A DNA stretch of 64,000 nucleotides, taken from NCBI GenBank assembly GCA_964188305.1, contig OZ076889.1; one strand, 5' to 3'. Made by a program: the position numbers and the translations under genes. The stretch is from Podarcis bocagei. Taxonomy: Eukaryota. Below the pieces are notes generated by a model that saw only the letters and a list, made by a program, of their open reading frames with translations, was not told the DNA's origin and did no database searches. Positions within the stretch are counted from its first letter, which is position 1; every line of letters starts with the position of its first letter. This document shows positions 1 through 13,851 of the stretch, piece by piece.

Positions 1-2676
1 AGGAAAGGAGGAGGAGTGGCGTTATATGTCAGGGATGTGTATACCTGTGAAGAGATCCAAGATTTAGAACCTCAAAGCCAAAGTGAGAGCATTTGGGTCA
101 AAATTAAGGGAGAGAAGAATAACAGAGACCTCATTGTGGGAGTTTACTATAGATCCCCAAGCCAAACGGAGGACATAGATGATGCCTTCCTGGAACAGAT
201 GGCCAAGCATGCAAAAAGAAGGGAGATAGTAGTAATGGGGGACTTCAATTACCCGGATATTTGTTGGATGTCAAACTCAGCCAAGAGCATAAGGTCAAAC
301 AGATTCCTCACTGTCCTTGCAGACAACTTCATTGTCCAGAAAGTGGGAGAAGCAACAAGAGGAACAGCCATTTTAGATCTAGTCCTAACCAATGTTGATG
401 ACCTGGTTAGTGGGGTAGAAGTGGAAGGATCATTAGGCGCGAGTGATCATGCTCTTCTGAAGTTTACTATACAGCGGAAAGGAGCAGCCAAGCATACTAG
501 GACTCAATTTCTTGACTTTAAGAAAGCCGACTTCATAAAACTTAGGGAAGTGCTGGGTGAGATCCCATGGACAGTAATACTAAAAGGAAAGGGAGTTCAT
601 GATGGCTGGGAGTTTGTTAAGAGGGAGATAGTAAAAGCACAACTTCAGGCAATACCAATGAGACGGAAACATGGAAGGTGCCTAAAGAAGCCAGGGTGGC
701 TATCTAAAGGACTTTTAACTGAGTTAAGATTTAAAAAGCATGTGTACAAAAAATGGAAAAGGGGGGAAACCACCAAAGAGGAATTCAAACAAATAGCCAG
801 CACATGTAGACACAAAGTCAGAAAAGCTAAAGCACAGAATGAACTCAGGCTTGCTAGAGAGGTTAAAAGCAACAAAAAAGGCTTTTATGGGTATGTCTGT
901 AGCAAAAGGAAGAACAAAGAAACAGTGGGGTCACTCAGAGGAGAAGATGGAGAAATGCAAACAGGGACACAGAAAGGGCTGAACTACTCAATGCCTTCTT
1001 TGCCTTAGTCTTCTCCGATAAAGAAAACAATGCCCGACCTGAAGAATTTGGAACAAATGATTCAGCAGAGGAAACACAGCCCAGAATAACTAAGGATACA
1101 AGAGTACAAGAATACTTGGCTAGTTTAGATGTATTCAAGTCTCCAGGGCCAGATGAACTGCATCCAAGAGTATTAAAAGAACTGGCAGATGTGATCTCAG
1201 AAGCACTGGCAGTCATCTTTGAGAATTCCTGGAGAGCAGGCGAAGTCCCGGCAGACTGGAGGAGGGCAAATGTTTTCCCTATTTTCAAAAAGGGGGGAAG
1301 AGAGGACCCAAATAATTACCGCCCAGTCAGTCTGACATCAATACCAGGGAAGATTCTGGAGCAGATCATTAAGCAAACAGTCTGTGAGCACCTAGAAAGG
1401 AATGCTGTGATCACCAATAGTCAGCATGGATTTCTGAAAAATAAGTCATGTCAGACTAACCTGATCTCATTTTTTGACAGAATTACAAGCCTGGTAGATG
1501 AAGGGAACGCAGTGGATGTAGCCTACCTTGATTTCAGCAAGGCATTTGACAAGGTGCCCCATGATATTCTTGTAAAGAAGCTGGTAAAATGCGGTCTTGA
1601 CTATGCTACCACTCAGTGGATTTGTAACTGGCTGACTGACTGAATCCAAAGGGTGCTCATCAATGGTTCCTCTTCATCCTGGAGAAGAGTGACTAGTGGG
1701 GTGCCACAGGGTTCTGTCTTGGGCCCGGTCTTATTCAAAATCTTTATCAACGACTTGGATGATGGACTCAAGGGCATCCTGATCAAATTTGCAGATGACA
1801 CCAAACTGGGAGGGGTGGCTAACACCCCAGAGGACAGGATCACACTTCAAAATGACCTTGACAGATTAGAGAACTGGGCACAAACAAACAAAATGAATTT
1901 TAACAGGGAGAAATGTAAAGTATTGCACTTGGGCAAAAAAAATGAGAGGCACAAATACAAGATGGGTGACACCTGGCTTGAGAGCAGTACATGTGAAAAG
2001 GATCTAGGAGTCTTGGTTGACCAGAAACTTGACATGAGCCAACAGTGTGACGCGGCAGCTAAAAAAGCCAATGCAATTCTGGGCTGCATCAATAGGAGTA
2101 TAGCATCTAGATCAAGGGAAGTAATAGTGCCACTGTATTCTGCTCTGGTCAGACCTCACCTGGAGTACTGTGTCCAGTTCTGGGCACCACAGTTCCAGAA
2201 GGACACTGACAAACTGGAACGTGTCCAGAGGAGGGCAACCAAAATGGTCAAAGGCCTGGAAACGATGCCTTATGAGGAATGGCTAAGGGAGCTTGGCATG
2301 TTTAGCCTGGAGAAGAGGAGGTTAAGGGGTGATATGATAGCCATGTTCAAATATATAAAAGGATGTCATATAGAGGAGGGAGAAAGGTTGTTTTCTGCTG
2401 CTCCAGAGAAGCGGACACGGAGCAATGGATCCAAACTACAAGAAAGAAGATTCCACCTAAACATTAGGAAGAACTTCCTGACAGTAAGAGCTGTTCGACA
2501 GTGGAATTTGCTGCCAAGGAGTGTGGTGGAGTCTCCTACTTTGGAGGTCTTTAAGCAGAGGCTTGACAACCATATGTCAGGAGTGCTCTGATGGTGTTTC
2601 CTGCTTGGCAGGGGGTTGGACTCAATGGCCCTTGTGGTCTATTCCAACTCTATGATTCTATGATTCTATGATTCTA
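1..2676 (+). mobile_element. CR1 LINE, young copy running off the left edge: APE endonuclease + RT ORF2 with two lesions, 3' UTR and (TATGATTC)n tail
   Basis: ORFs 16-1008 (GDFNYPDI, SDH endonuclease motifs), 1116-1643 and 1653-2591 ([18 protein letters not shown]). 1-bp deletion at ~965 and CGA>TGA at 1641-1643 relative to the copy at 24490-26702. Octamer tail at 2651-2676. Confidence 0.97.
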
Positions 2677-4046
2677 ACATCAAAAACAGGATCTGTGCAC
2701 AACAGCACTCTCCCTCATGTGATCCCTAGCAACTGGTATTCATGGGTATACTGTCTCCAAAAGTGGAGGTAGAACCTGAAGATAAATATTACTGTAATGG
2801 ATATTCTTATGATTATCAAAAGTCAGTGAAGTCTCATCTGGTATACAATCCTAAGAAGCTCTTCTATGGAAGAGTATTGTCTATTTATTTTAGTTCAGCT
2901 TGTGAAAGAGAAGATTTTAATATATTACACCCATTAAATCCTACTATACCTGGGTTGTGGGGCAAAGATAAGCTGAATAGTGATGTTCTTGTGCAAATAA
3001 CTATCTGTCTGTTACTGTGAAGGAAAGGTAAAAGTATTTTGGGATTTTCTGCCTCAAGTGTCAAAATGATTTAAGTGGCTTAGGGTACAATGCACTTTGT
3101 GTTGTTCTTGGGTGGGTGTGCAATTAGCTGTTTCATTTCAGGCACCACATTTTGCCCAGATGCTTCCCTCCCTGCAGCTCCCCACTCATTGTGCATTGTA
3201 GATTGTAAACAAGTTGAGAAAAGGGACCTATGTGCATTTCCTACATAATGCTGTAAGGTGTTGTGCATGCTGATAGCTCAGCTGTAATGTGGATATGTTA
3301 TTATGCTTTATAATTTTACTGCTTTGTTGCTTTCTTGGTAAATAACTCTGAGATGCTGTGTGAAAAGTTAACTAGAAATGTTTTAGATAAATGCACATTT
3401 ACTTTGTGTAGTTTATCAGATATATTTGCTGTAGATTGAAGTCTGTTTTTACGCCACGTTGGCAGATTCCCTGTTTTAAAAAATGGCACCACAGTTATTT
3501 TTACAGGTGTTGGGTTGTTGTTTTTTAACACCATCAGCAAATGGGTAACTGCTTGTGTTGGTTTGAACATGTGCACTGTCCTATGCAGTGGGAACTCCTG
3601 CACAATCCAACGTATGTGTGCTCCACTGGGCTGCCCAAGAGGCAGGATGAGGCAGATGCCTCACATTGCACACCCCAGGGCTGCAATGAACCCCCCAGGG
3701 CACAGCCCAGCTTTGCCACCTGGTACTCTGGTCTAGGGGCAGATAGGGACCGGGGTTAAAACTCTGCAGAATGCCTCCCCTACTGCCGAGTAAGCAAGAG
3801 GGGAGGCATTCTGCCGCCCAGCTTTTTTACTACACAGGAGGGGGAAGAAGTCCCCCCAGTCAAGCAATGTGGTGAAGCTTTGGACCAGCTTTCCCCAAAG
3901 GAAGAAGCTGGTGCAAAGCCCTTCCACTGAATGGGGAGGGGGTATCTGGAGAAGCTCTTATGGAGACCCCCTCAATTGTGGGGGCAGCAATGAAGTATTT
4001 CACCTCAGGTGCGAAAACGCTTCAGACTTCACTTGGGCAGGGGCAC

Positions 4047-4135
4047 TAGGGTTGCCATATTTCAAAAAGTGAACATCTGGGCAAAAATGTTGTTGACCTT
4101 TTTTTAGTTTTGCTTTTTTTTTTTTGGTTTTTTTT
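4047..4135. mobile_element. hAT (Blackjack-type) MITE end, interrupted by the 4136-4869 unit and probably resuming at ~4870-4915
   Basis: TAGGGTTGCCATATTTCAAAAAGTGAA matches the reverse complement of the right end of the MITE at 34944-35089. Confidence 0.6.
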
Positions 4136-4869
4136 TTGCGTGTTCAGACCCAGAAACCTCCCCCTAAATAAATTCACACTTGACTCACACATGGTTTGGT
4201 TTTTGGCAGAATTTCAGCCACAACTTTCTTGATTACAGAAGGTAACTGGTTGCATAGGCTCTGGTTCGACTAGCTGCCTGCCATGCAGGTAGCGCTGACC
4301 CAGGGCACCAGCAGAGGTCAGCCAAGGATGAACACCTGGATAAGCGGAAAGCCAGGCATGGGCTAACTCCGCCACCCAAATGTCCCCCTGGACTCAGGCA
4401 CGGGCACAACCCCCTCACAGGGGTTGACCAAACCATCAAGTCCCTGGATTCCTTTAACGGAATACCCTTCACATAGTGATGGCGAGACCGTTCTCTCATG
4501 CCTATCACATGAACCAGTGCCTATCCGCAACCTTACAAGTTGTGACGAATTGCTACGTGGCAGCGAAACCCAAATGGCAACAGCCAATCAGCCAAGTGGG
4601 GGAAATTCCTGCTGTGCCCCTGTCCCAACGACAGACGACACACGGCGGCATAGCAAGGTCAAGTGCAAAGCCCTAAAAGTAGGGAGAGGTGTGGGGGGTT
4701 CTGAATGTACGCGCCGAAAGAGGAAGCTCTGGGTCATGTGCATGGGCATAAATAGGTCCCTCAAACCATTTGGACTGTGCCAGATTTGAGGGACCAACCA
4801 ATCGGGTGTTGTGGTCAACCAATTGTACCCACCACAATATGTGTCCTCTTTAAAGGAGGACCCGATTTG
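4136..4869 (-). mobile_element. Structured LTR-like unit, copy A (candidate DIRS/Ngaro-type terminal repeat)
   Basis: Shares GACCTTGCTATG, AGGAATT, CGTAGCAA..CGTCACAACTT, GCCATCAC, GGGTATTCC..GGAATCC and CTGTAATCAA(G)AAAGTTGTGGC blocks with 36316-37074. TATTTAT at 4754-4748. CAA at both ends. Confidence 0.7.
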
Positions 4870-5823
4870 GCAATTTTGAGCTATTTTTATGAAAAATCGG
4901 CAAAAACAACACTGCTGAGGTTTTGGAAACACAATATCAGGAGCAGGAGGTGTGCTCCCACTCTCTATCCATGCATTTTACATCATCTATAGAGGGCTCT
5001 GACATTCCTTCACTTCAGCTCTTTAAGGAGATAAAACCAAGTTGTGGTCTACTGACAGGGTTGCCAAGCAATAACTGGAAAATGTGTCATGTCAAAGTGG
5101 GAGGGATCTCAGCACAGCTTAAGTTCCACATCCTATATTTAAGTTCTTGCCTTGTTCATGTAACATTTTGAGTGTGATTTCCTACGACAGGTAAAAATAA
5201 GATTGAGGAAGGTACGGGTTTGATGAACCACACCTGCAGTTTTGCCCACTTGCGTGGATACTTTTAAGGAGCAGAACAGGCAACCCTGTTGACTGACTGT
5301 GGATATTTTGAATTATAGGTATTTTAGCAGCCAATGATGAGAACCCATGCGTACAGTAATTTATAGAGAGTGCTTGGTTAAAATTATCTCTGGAGATGCT
5401 GGGCTTGGAATGCAAGGGTTAAAACCAAAATAAAGTAAAATTTGTTTGGCTTTTTATGTGTGAACAGTTTTGCAATGCAATAGTAGTAGAACAAAGTGCT
5501 TGATTAAAAAATACAAGAAAAATCACCATTCTACTTCATATAAGAAGACATTTCCATTTATTTTACTTTTGTCATACCCTGAAGCTGCTCTGTTCATTTA
5601 ACACCTTTAATAGAATTCAGAAAGTGTGCTAAATGGAAAATGTAGTTTGTTCATTTGTTTCTTTTCTGTTCTTGAAATGAAGGGAGATGGGGCCATTATT
5701 CTGAATCTTTTTGACTGGTTTTGGTTTTAAGTGAATATTTCTCTGCACACACCCATCTTTCCAATACACATCACTCAGAATATTAGATCTATACCTTAAA
5801 ACACATATTGTCTCTCTTCAAGG

Positions 5824-5825
<2 letters not shown>

Positions 5826-5866
<41 letters not shown>
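5826..5866. repeat. (GT)n microsatellite
   Basis: Direct reading. Confidence 0.97.
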
Positions 5867-5867
<1 letters not shown>

Positions 5868-8800
5868 TCTTTTTTTATATCTGAGGAGAAGAAAAAAGAT
5901 ATCTTAAGACTGGTTTCACCTGCCCAAGTGGAATAATTGGAAATACATTTTCAAGTAAGGCTCTGCTTCACATTGTAGCATTTATTCTTCTCTTTCAGTT
6001 ATCCTACTTATTTGCATGTATTTTGCCCTGTTTTAGAAAGATCAAGTTGATGAATTACCTGATTACCAATTGGTGTCATGGCAGGTGTATCAATAAAACC
6101 CAGTGCCTTCCTCCAAGCACTGAGGCCTAGGCTGTACTTAGTCTTAATTAGTAATAACTCATGGAGCTGTGTAAGAGATGTTCAAAACAGTTTTATTCCT
6201 AAATGGTTGCTTGGCACCTACCGATCTATTATAGCGCATTTAGTGAGTTGCAAGGATACTGTTAGTATTATCCGTTTATGATATTTAGAATGTAGTAACA
6301 TTTATATCATTTTTTAAAAAAATATGGGAATATTGTTGAGTATTAACATGTGCTGCACAATGATGTAGCTCCATGAATAGGGGATAATTTATTTACCCCC
6401 CTCGCCCCGCCCCGAGTAGTAGAATTCCATGAAAAATCTGTTCAGCAAGTGCCACTACCTGCCTGAAGGGTGTGTGATGCTGGTTGTTTTATATGGAAGT
6501 TGTAGCTCTAGAAAGAACTATGTGAGTCTAACTGTAGGCATGAATTTGGGGAAAATTGTGGAGAAATCATGGTATGTGTGCCTGTATGTTTGTGGTTTGT
6601 ATCAAGCCCACTACAGTTTATTAGGCTTCCATATGTGCCCACAGAATTATAGTTGGCAACTCCACACATACCATAAATTATGGCCCATAACAAACTGTTT
6701 ATGAAATGAAGGTGTCACAATATTAGGTTTATTTTCTGCAGCAGACCAACAGAGCTACCCCTTCGGAAACTAATTGGACCCAGGCCTGTTTAGCTTCCCA
6801 GTCCTCACAGATAAAACCTGCCATTGTTGACTCCTATGTGTCAGTGACTGAAAGGGGGTTGGTTATCATTTTGTGGCTTCGTATAGCATTTTGTGAATTC
6901 GTATAAGTCAGCAAGGCATTTCAGAACACCTTCCGGACTTAAGGAAACTGTAACTTTTGACCTGAATTTCACATTTATGGAAATAGCCTCTCCACAAGCT
7001 ATTTGCACCAGATTATTCCTATTCTATTAAAGTTGATAAAGTTTTAACAGAATATGTAGGATGTTAATTGCACTCACACAGCAATGCTTTTAAAAAGATA
7101 GATGGTATTTTATTCAAATTAGACTATGTTTATAACTATACTTATAGTTTTGTAGTAATTGTGTTTAAAAAGCAGAAGCTAGCCATTGTGATTGGAGCCA
7201 AGATGAATATTAGCATTAAATACCTTTATAATGGGACTGCATTCATTCAAACTTAAAATGTGAAACTCAACACTGTATTTATTATCATGTAAGAAAAGAA
7301 AATTGCATATGTTGATGTTATTTGAATTTACCTCTTAATATTTCCATATCTCATGTATTCATGCATATCTACACATACAGACACATTATCTTTCTACCTA
7401 TCTATTTATGCACACACATACAATTTCAGTGTAGCAAATTGGGACAAGAGAGTCAATTGTTCTCTAAAACACAGTAGTAGCTGAAAAAATTATCCAAGTA
7501 AACTTTTGTCTGAATATGGGACCAGAGGTCAAGAAAAATACAGTTTCCAAGTATTTTTTTAATAAAAAAAATAGAATTACTATAGCACTTAATATATTTA
7601 AAATATCTCTAAGCGGTGTACAAAAAACTGAAACAGCAACAGAAAACACAGTTACATATAAAAATGTTGCAACAAATGAACTTTTTGGTGGAGCTGGGAT
7701 AAAAGCCCCTCTTCATTTTGCCACCCCAAAATGGGGGTGATAAGTGGGGTGAGTGAGTGGTTTGGAAATTGTGATTTGTTTCTGAGTAAGCATGTGCAGG
7801 ATTAGGTTACATGTCAAAATGCAAAACAGAGAGTGAGGACAGGCATTTCTTTCCACTATTATGGAATCCCATGAGTTGAACTGAGAAACATCTTGTATAA
7901 TCAGATTTCATTCCTTCAAAGGAGAAGCAGGATTGCAAACTTAATTGTTGAAAGAGCAACTTATCTGTTACTTGCAGAACAAAGGACAAGAATTTCCATT
8001 GTTGAAGAAAAATATTGTTGGGCTGTTTTTCTTTTTAAAACCCTGCCTTCATTGAATAGACCCCTCTCAGGAGACTTGAGAAATGAACCACAATCCCAAA
8101 AATGCTTCTGCTTTTTTTAATGTGATAGAAATGGGAGGAAAGTGCTGTACATAGAATACAATAGTCAATTCTTGGGTCCTCTTTTGTGTGAACCGTTTTC
8201 ACAATGTGTTCTTTCACAACCCTTAGGATGAAATTATGGACTGAGTGGGAAATTTAGGGATCCCTATAGCTAAAGCTCATGACCTGGAACTCTTCTATTA
8301 CCTCAGTGGGTCACTAGAGGTCTTTATGTTTGTAAGATCATTCACCCCTGGTTGAAGTACAAAAGTAGGAGGTCACAGAGATTCACTGGAACAGGAGCAC
8401 AGAGTGCTTTGAATAGCAGCAAAGCTATTTTCTTAGGGACATACACTTTGAAGAGATAAGCACAGAAAACACAGATCTGTCAAAGTGTACATAACCAAAG
8501 AATACAGAATGAGTAGAATTTTCAGATCTCAGTTCTTTGAGTGCTGATGCTTAATGTAGCCAAACTGGCACAACCACATGCTTAACAGGAAGGCACCATC
8601 AGGTTTTGGGGACCTTTCACACAGACCACTACTGAGTTCACAACAACCCTGCAGTACTATCTATTGCATTTATTCCCATTTTACAGCTTGGGCTGAGAGA
8701 GTACTGAAGTGCAGTATTGTCCATGGTTATTTCCCTTTTGCAGCTGAAGGACTATGCTGAGAGAGAGAAGTTATGACAGTCTTGCAGTGTAGTCCACTGA

Positions 8801-9140
8801 TATAACTAAATTGCAAACCTTCTGCTCTGTTGATTTGCATGTGGGCTAGTTGTGCTTTCAAATGTTCAGTAACTAAATAGATAAATACTGTACGTTTGCA
8901 CATGAAGCAAATAGATAAATACGTTTTGCACATGAAGCAAGACCAAAGTTAGAACAGGGACTTCTGCCTTGTATGGTAATTTTTGTTTTGTTTTTCTGAC
9001 TCCCTCAGATGACACATGTACACAGCAAGGATACATTTGGTCATAGGGCCATCACTTTTTAAAGCTAACATCTGGTTTGTAGGGGCATTCTTGCTTTGCT
9101 ATTCTGTATGGATCTTGTCAACAGGTAGAAAGGAAGTATA

Positions 9141-9639
9141 TGTCAGGAATGAGCCAGCTCCAAGCAAAGGTTTGCAGCCAACTGCAGAAAGCAGCCAGGA
9201 ACAGAGAGGCTTAGATGTTAGTCAGGCAGGGGAGAGCTGGCAGCTGCAGGCTTCGGCTCTTCCTGACCTGGATGGGCAAGCTGATAAGGCAGTAGCTGAG
9301 AGCAGGCTAGAACACAGCCAAAGCTTGCAGGAAGCACAAAAGGTGTGAACAGTCTCAGAGACAGCCTCTCAGGCCAGGAAGTGGTTGGAGCTCATCCGCT
9401 AAGTCCGAAGAGTCAGCAAATGGGAGGGCTGCTAGATAGGAAGCAAAACAAGAGATGTAAAAGTCGTAAGTTCAATATATTCTGTAGATGCCGGAAGAAG
9501 TCTTCAGAAGGGTCATCTTGAGTAATGATGCTGGAGGCTTTGTTAGAGCTGTCCAGAGCTATCTGTTTTTGCAATAAATCCTCATTTTAAATTACCTACG
9601 CTTACTGTGTTATCAAGCTGAGAACAGGGACTCCTGGCA
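9141..9639 (+). mobile_element. Solo LTR (Gypsy-like), 499 bp
   Basis: TGTCAGGA...TCCTGGCA inverted termini, 5-bp TSD GTATA (9136-9140, 9640-9644), AATAAA at 9573-9578. Confidence 0.8.
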
Positions 9640-10126
9640 GTATATAATTGAAACCATATTACTTTTCTAAGGCTTTGTAGTGAACCTTGCATGGAAATAG
9701 CTGGTTGGAATGCATGAGGTGAGTAAAAATAACATTTTAAATGGGGCTCATGGTGAGTGTAGAGAGAGAGGCGGGGAGGAAAGTGGACAGCTGGAAAAGA
9801 TGCCTATTTATGATCTAAGGAAGATCTGAGAAGAAGGCGTGAGAAGGATGTGGAAGCTAAGGGAAATACTTTGTAGAGGAAGCACTTTGCCTTCTGGTTC
9901 CTAGAAAGAAATCCTCATGCCAAAGAAAGGACTGAGAATGGAGTTGGGAAGATCCGAGAAGTCTAGGAGAAATTTTGACTTGAGTGGAAAGATACACCAT
10001 TTGCCACTGTAAAAATAAAAGCTAGGAAATCAAAATCAAAAGACAGTGTTCTAAAATCAAAACAAAAACAGCCAAGGAAGGAATGGCATATTGGCGTGGG
10101 GAGGAGATCTGTATTATTATGGGGAT

Positions 10127-10401
10127 GTTGTTGTTTAGTCGTTTAGTTGTGCCCGACTCTTCGTGACCACATGGACCAGAGCACACCAGGCACTTCTGTC
10201 TTGCACTGCCTCCTGCAGTTTGGTCAAACTCATGCTTCGAGAACACTGTCCAACCATCTCGTCCTCTGTCATCCCCTTCTCCTTGTGCCTTCAATCTTTC
10301 CCAACATCAGGGTCTTTTCTAAGGAGTCTTCTCTTCTCATGAGGTGGCCAAAATATTGGAGTCTCGGCTTCAGGATCTGTCCTTCCAGTGAGCACTCAGG
10401 G
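10127..10401 (-). mobile_element. RTE-BovB LINE, 5'-truncated 3' end
   Basis: Reverse complement matches the 3' part of 50065-50766, with a (CAA)n-type tail. TSD ATTATTATGGGGAT at 10113-10126 and 10413-10426. Confidence 0.9.
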
Positions 10402-11376
10402 ATATATAACCAATTATTATGGGGATATATAACCAATAAACTACATGAACCATGAGGTTTTCACCTTCCCCAGAATATGGGTGGGTGGGTGCGCACGCAT
10501 GCACAAATGTTAGAAACCTAGTTATGTTTATGTCACAGATATGGCAGGAAAGGACATTGGGCAGGATTCATAGCTTATACGGGGCTGCACTTCACGGCTT
10601 CAGTTCTAGCTTGGTTTGGAACCAGCTGTTGCAAACCTGAGGAGCCTTGGTTTGACTCATTCATTGTCTCTACAAATATCATTCCTGTATAAACCATATG
10701 GAGGGAAGACAGTGGTTCAAAATTCCAATCTTCCATAATATGTATCATGTTAACTTGCCTGTCACTTCACTGCCTCCGAGCCATTTTCTTCTCTCTCACC
10801 TTTCAATCTCTGTTTTAGTTGAGTCTTTTATAAATCAGAGCTTCTAATCCTGCAATTATATGCGCAGCTGGCTGCAGTTTCCACTGTGTCTCTGAGCAAA
10901 TGACTACCAGGGTCCCCTCTAACAGATTTCCTTACAGCTTACATGGAATATCAGATGTTTATAATGGTTCCCATCATGTTCTCGCAGCATCCTTCTGTCT
11001 TGGGAGACAGTGGAGGGCTGTGCTTTTGGGAGTGAAGTCAAACTGTTGGAAGGTTGCAGTGCCTGCTTTGGCTGTTGAGACTGATATGGTTCTGCTTTGT
11101 TACAAAATCCCTCCCAGTAAATCAGCAAAGCAACCCCGCAAGTGGATTGGGAACAGCTTAGATACTTTCATATACATGTCCTGTGACTATTTATAAAGCA
11201 ATTACATGCATCAGTTACTTCTGAATACCTAATTATAGGTACAAATAGTAGACTATGTCCTCAAAATGTGCTTCATTATTTTGTATTTGCTTATTGTTTT
11301 GTTTATTTTATGTCTTGAATCCCACCCTGGTATCTGTACACACGAAGCACAGATTACCAATAAGTGTAATTAATTA

Positions 11377-11635
11377 CCGTATTTTTCGCTCTATAAGACG
11401 CAGCAGACCACAAGACGCACCTCGTTTTTGGAGGAGGAAAACAAGAAAAAAAATATTCTGAATCTCAGAAGCCAGAACAGCAAGAGGGATCGCTGCGCAT
11501 TGAAAGCAGCAATCCCTCTTGCTGTTCTGGCTTCTGGGATAGCTGCGCAGCCTGCATTCGCTCCATAAGACGCACACACATTTCCCCTTACTTTTTAGGA
11601 GGGAAAAAGTGAGTCTTATAGAGCAAAAAATACGG
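11377..11635. mobile_element. Tc1/mariner-superfamily (Tc2/pogo-like) MITE
   Basis: TIRs CCGTATTTTTCGCTCTATAAGAC / GTCTTATAGAGCAAAAAATACGG, TA on both flanks, internal palindrome at ~11463-11539. Confidence 0.85.
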
Positions 11636-12172
11636 TAAATAATCTAACTAAATCTACTGGCCTGGTAGAATACCAGTTTTTTTCTTGGATTCATGTCAGA
11701 ATGAAACATTTTGCTTATATATAAGGAGTTTTAATTAGAACCAGGGCTGTAGCCATATTTTTTCTTTTCTTTTAAGAGGGCAAGAAATCCTGCTGGGGCT
11801 GGTTCTTTTGTGACAAAATGTTAATGGGTGTGTGCATGGACTCCAGGATACTTCACGTGGGCAGAGTTTTAATGGGTTATTGCTGGGTCTGATGATGCCC
11901 CTAAGGCTTTCTGCTGTAAAAGCACAGCACCCACCTCCTTTTTGCCACACAGAATCATTGACTGGGAAAAATTTTCCAGTGGCAGATTCAGCCAATCCAC
12001 CGTAAGGGTGAAGGATGACTTAGGATCCTCGTTATTTTCCTGGTTGAGATATGGAAATGTAAAAAACTGAAAATCTTGGTAGAACTACCTAGCCGAGGTA
12101 AAATGTTGGTCGTACCCTGTGGTTAGCAGTGGGGATGAAGAGAACAAAGTGGGGGGTGGGGATAATGAATTA

Positions 12173-12690
12173 CCGTATTTTTTGCTCAATAAGACACACT
12201 TTTTTCCTCCTAAAAGGTAAGGGGAAATGTGGGTGCGCCTTATGGAGCGAATGGCGCTGTGCAGAGAGGGAGAGCTGCGCAACGCCCGTTCAGTGTAGCG
12301 GGAGGAGGAACAGAAGGAGACCCTTCTGTTCCTCCTCCCGCTTCGCTGAAGGGATGCTGCGCAGCTCTCCCTCTCTGTGCAGTGCCTCTCCTGTGAAGGA
12401 AACGTACTGTGCAGAGAAGAACTGCACAGCGCCCCTTCAGCGACGCACCTGTCCTGGCTTCTGCCTTAGCAGCGCACAGTCTCTTCGGGCAGGGGGAGCC
12501 TTCATCCCGCTGCCCTGAAGAGGCTTGGCGCGGTTATCCCAGAAGCCAGAACAGCCACACAGTATCCCAGAAGCCAGATCCCTCTTGCTGTTCTGGCTTC
12601 TGGGATTCAGAATAATTTTTTCTTGTTTTCCTCCTCCCAAACCTAGGTGCGCCTTATGGTCTGGTGCATCTTACAGAGCGAAAAATATGG
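12173..12690. mobile_element. Tc2/pogo-like MITE, longer variant, inverted relative to 11377-11635
   Basis: CCGTATTTTTTGCTC...GAGCGAAAAATATGG, TA TSD, subterminal blocks shared with the 11377 copy. Confidence 0.85.
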
Positions 12691-13851
12691 TATCTTACTT
12701 AGCTAAAGAGTTGGGGGAGCACTAGTGTTCAGATTCAGATTAAACATCTAGCAATATGCAAGCAACTTACCTTCATCATTAAGAATTCAAGCACATTAGG
12801 CAATGTTGTGGTAGGTGATACGTTTGGCCTCAGCTGACACTGTAAGGCACAAGATCAGAAATTGATTGCTTTTAGCCACCTGAGAACTTAATCAGTCACT
12901 TTGCTATTTCCTCTTTGAAGTGTTTTGGTTACATGTTCAAAATGACAATGCTACGCTACGCTGGCAGTGGGAAGCATGCTGCCCAGATTGAATAGACCTG
13001 TTCATGTTGCATTTATGATCATCCACCATGTGAATAAGGAAAGGGAAGACATGTGAAAGAAACTGGCTCACAATGAAATGTCCCACTGCTGGCTATAGAG
13101 GTCAAAACATTGCATAAGCTTCTCCCCAGAAATGAGCACCATCAGCAACCCATCTCATGGAAATCTCACTCATCATTAAAAGCATTTTGCTCTTGGATGT
13201 TTCACGAGGACAGCCATCCACACATTTGCTGTGAAATCTTACTTGGAGGGAAATTGGGTGGCAGCTACAATATGAGGGTGTGAGTGAACACATGCAATTA
13301 TCCATTATGATAGCTGTACTCAAGATGTTGTCATCAGCAACTTTGTCAATGATTGCAATAGTACAAATATTTTAATGGTTCATAAGGCCCAACATTGACC
13401 AATTCTAGACTCACATGAGAATCACGTGAGCAGTTTTCTCCTTTCTGCAATGCAGATCACACTTACATGCCTAAATGATGCCTTCTCCACATGGTGGATG
13501 ATCACAGACCCCTGTGTTTCTGCTTGAGCAGATAGACACTAAACAAATGGAAATGAGCTTCAAGGTAAACCTAGAGAAATACCCCAGCATTTTCTGACTT
13601 CCCCAGTCTATTCCTAGTTACGCTGGTAGCGAGACCTATAAAATGATGGGATCAGGTGCTATTTTCCTTTGAAAGGATATTTTAATATCTCCATATGCAC
13701 TGTTCACCAAGTAAATTATTATTTTATCAGTGGGTGGAGAAATGCAAATGTGGAGGGCTTGAAAGGTGGGAAGTATTTTGTTTCTTCTGTTACCCCCTCC
13801 CACACATTCTGGGAGTTTTCCTTTAAGAGCCATCTTCATAAACTAGGTTTA

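Noticed and set aside
935-2569. Antisense ORFs over CR1 (also 24514-26526 on +, and BovB antisense 50330-50782)
   Set aside because: Shadow frames of LINE ORF2
6685-6772. Possible old Penelope terminal fragment (CAGACCAACAGAGCTACCCC)
   Set aside because: Short and degenerate with no hammerhead core; not supportable as a feature
8875-8940. ~30-bp imperfect tandem duplication
   Set aside because: Ordinary slippage duplication with no further structure
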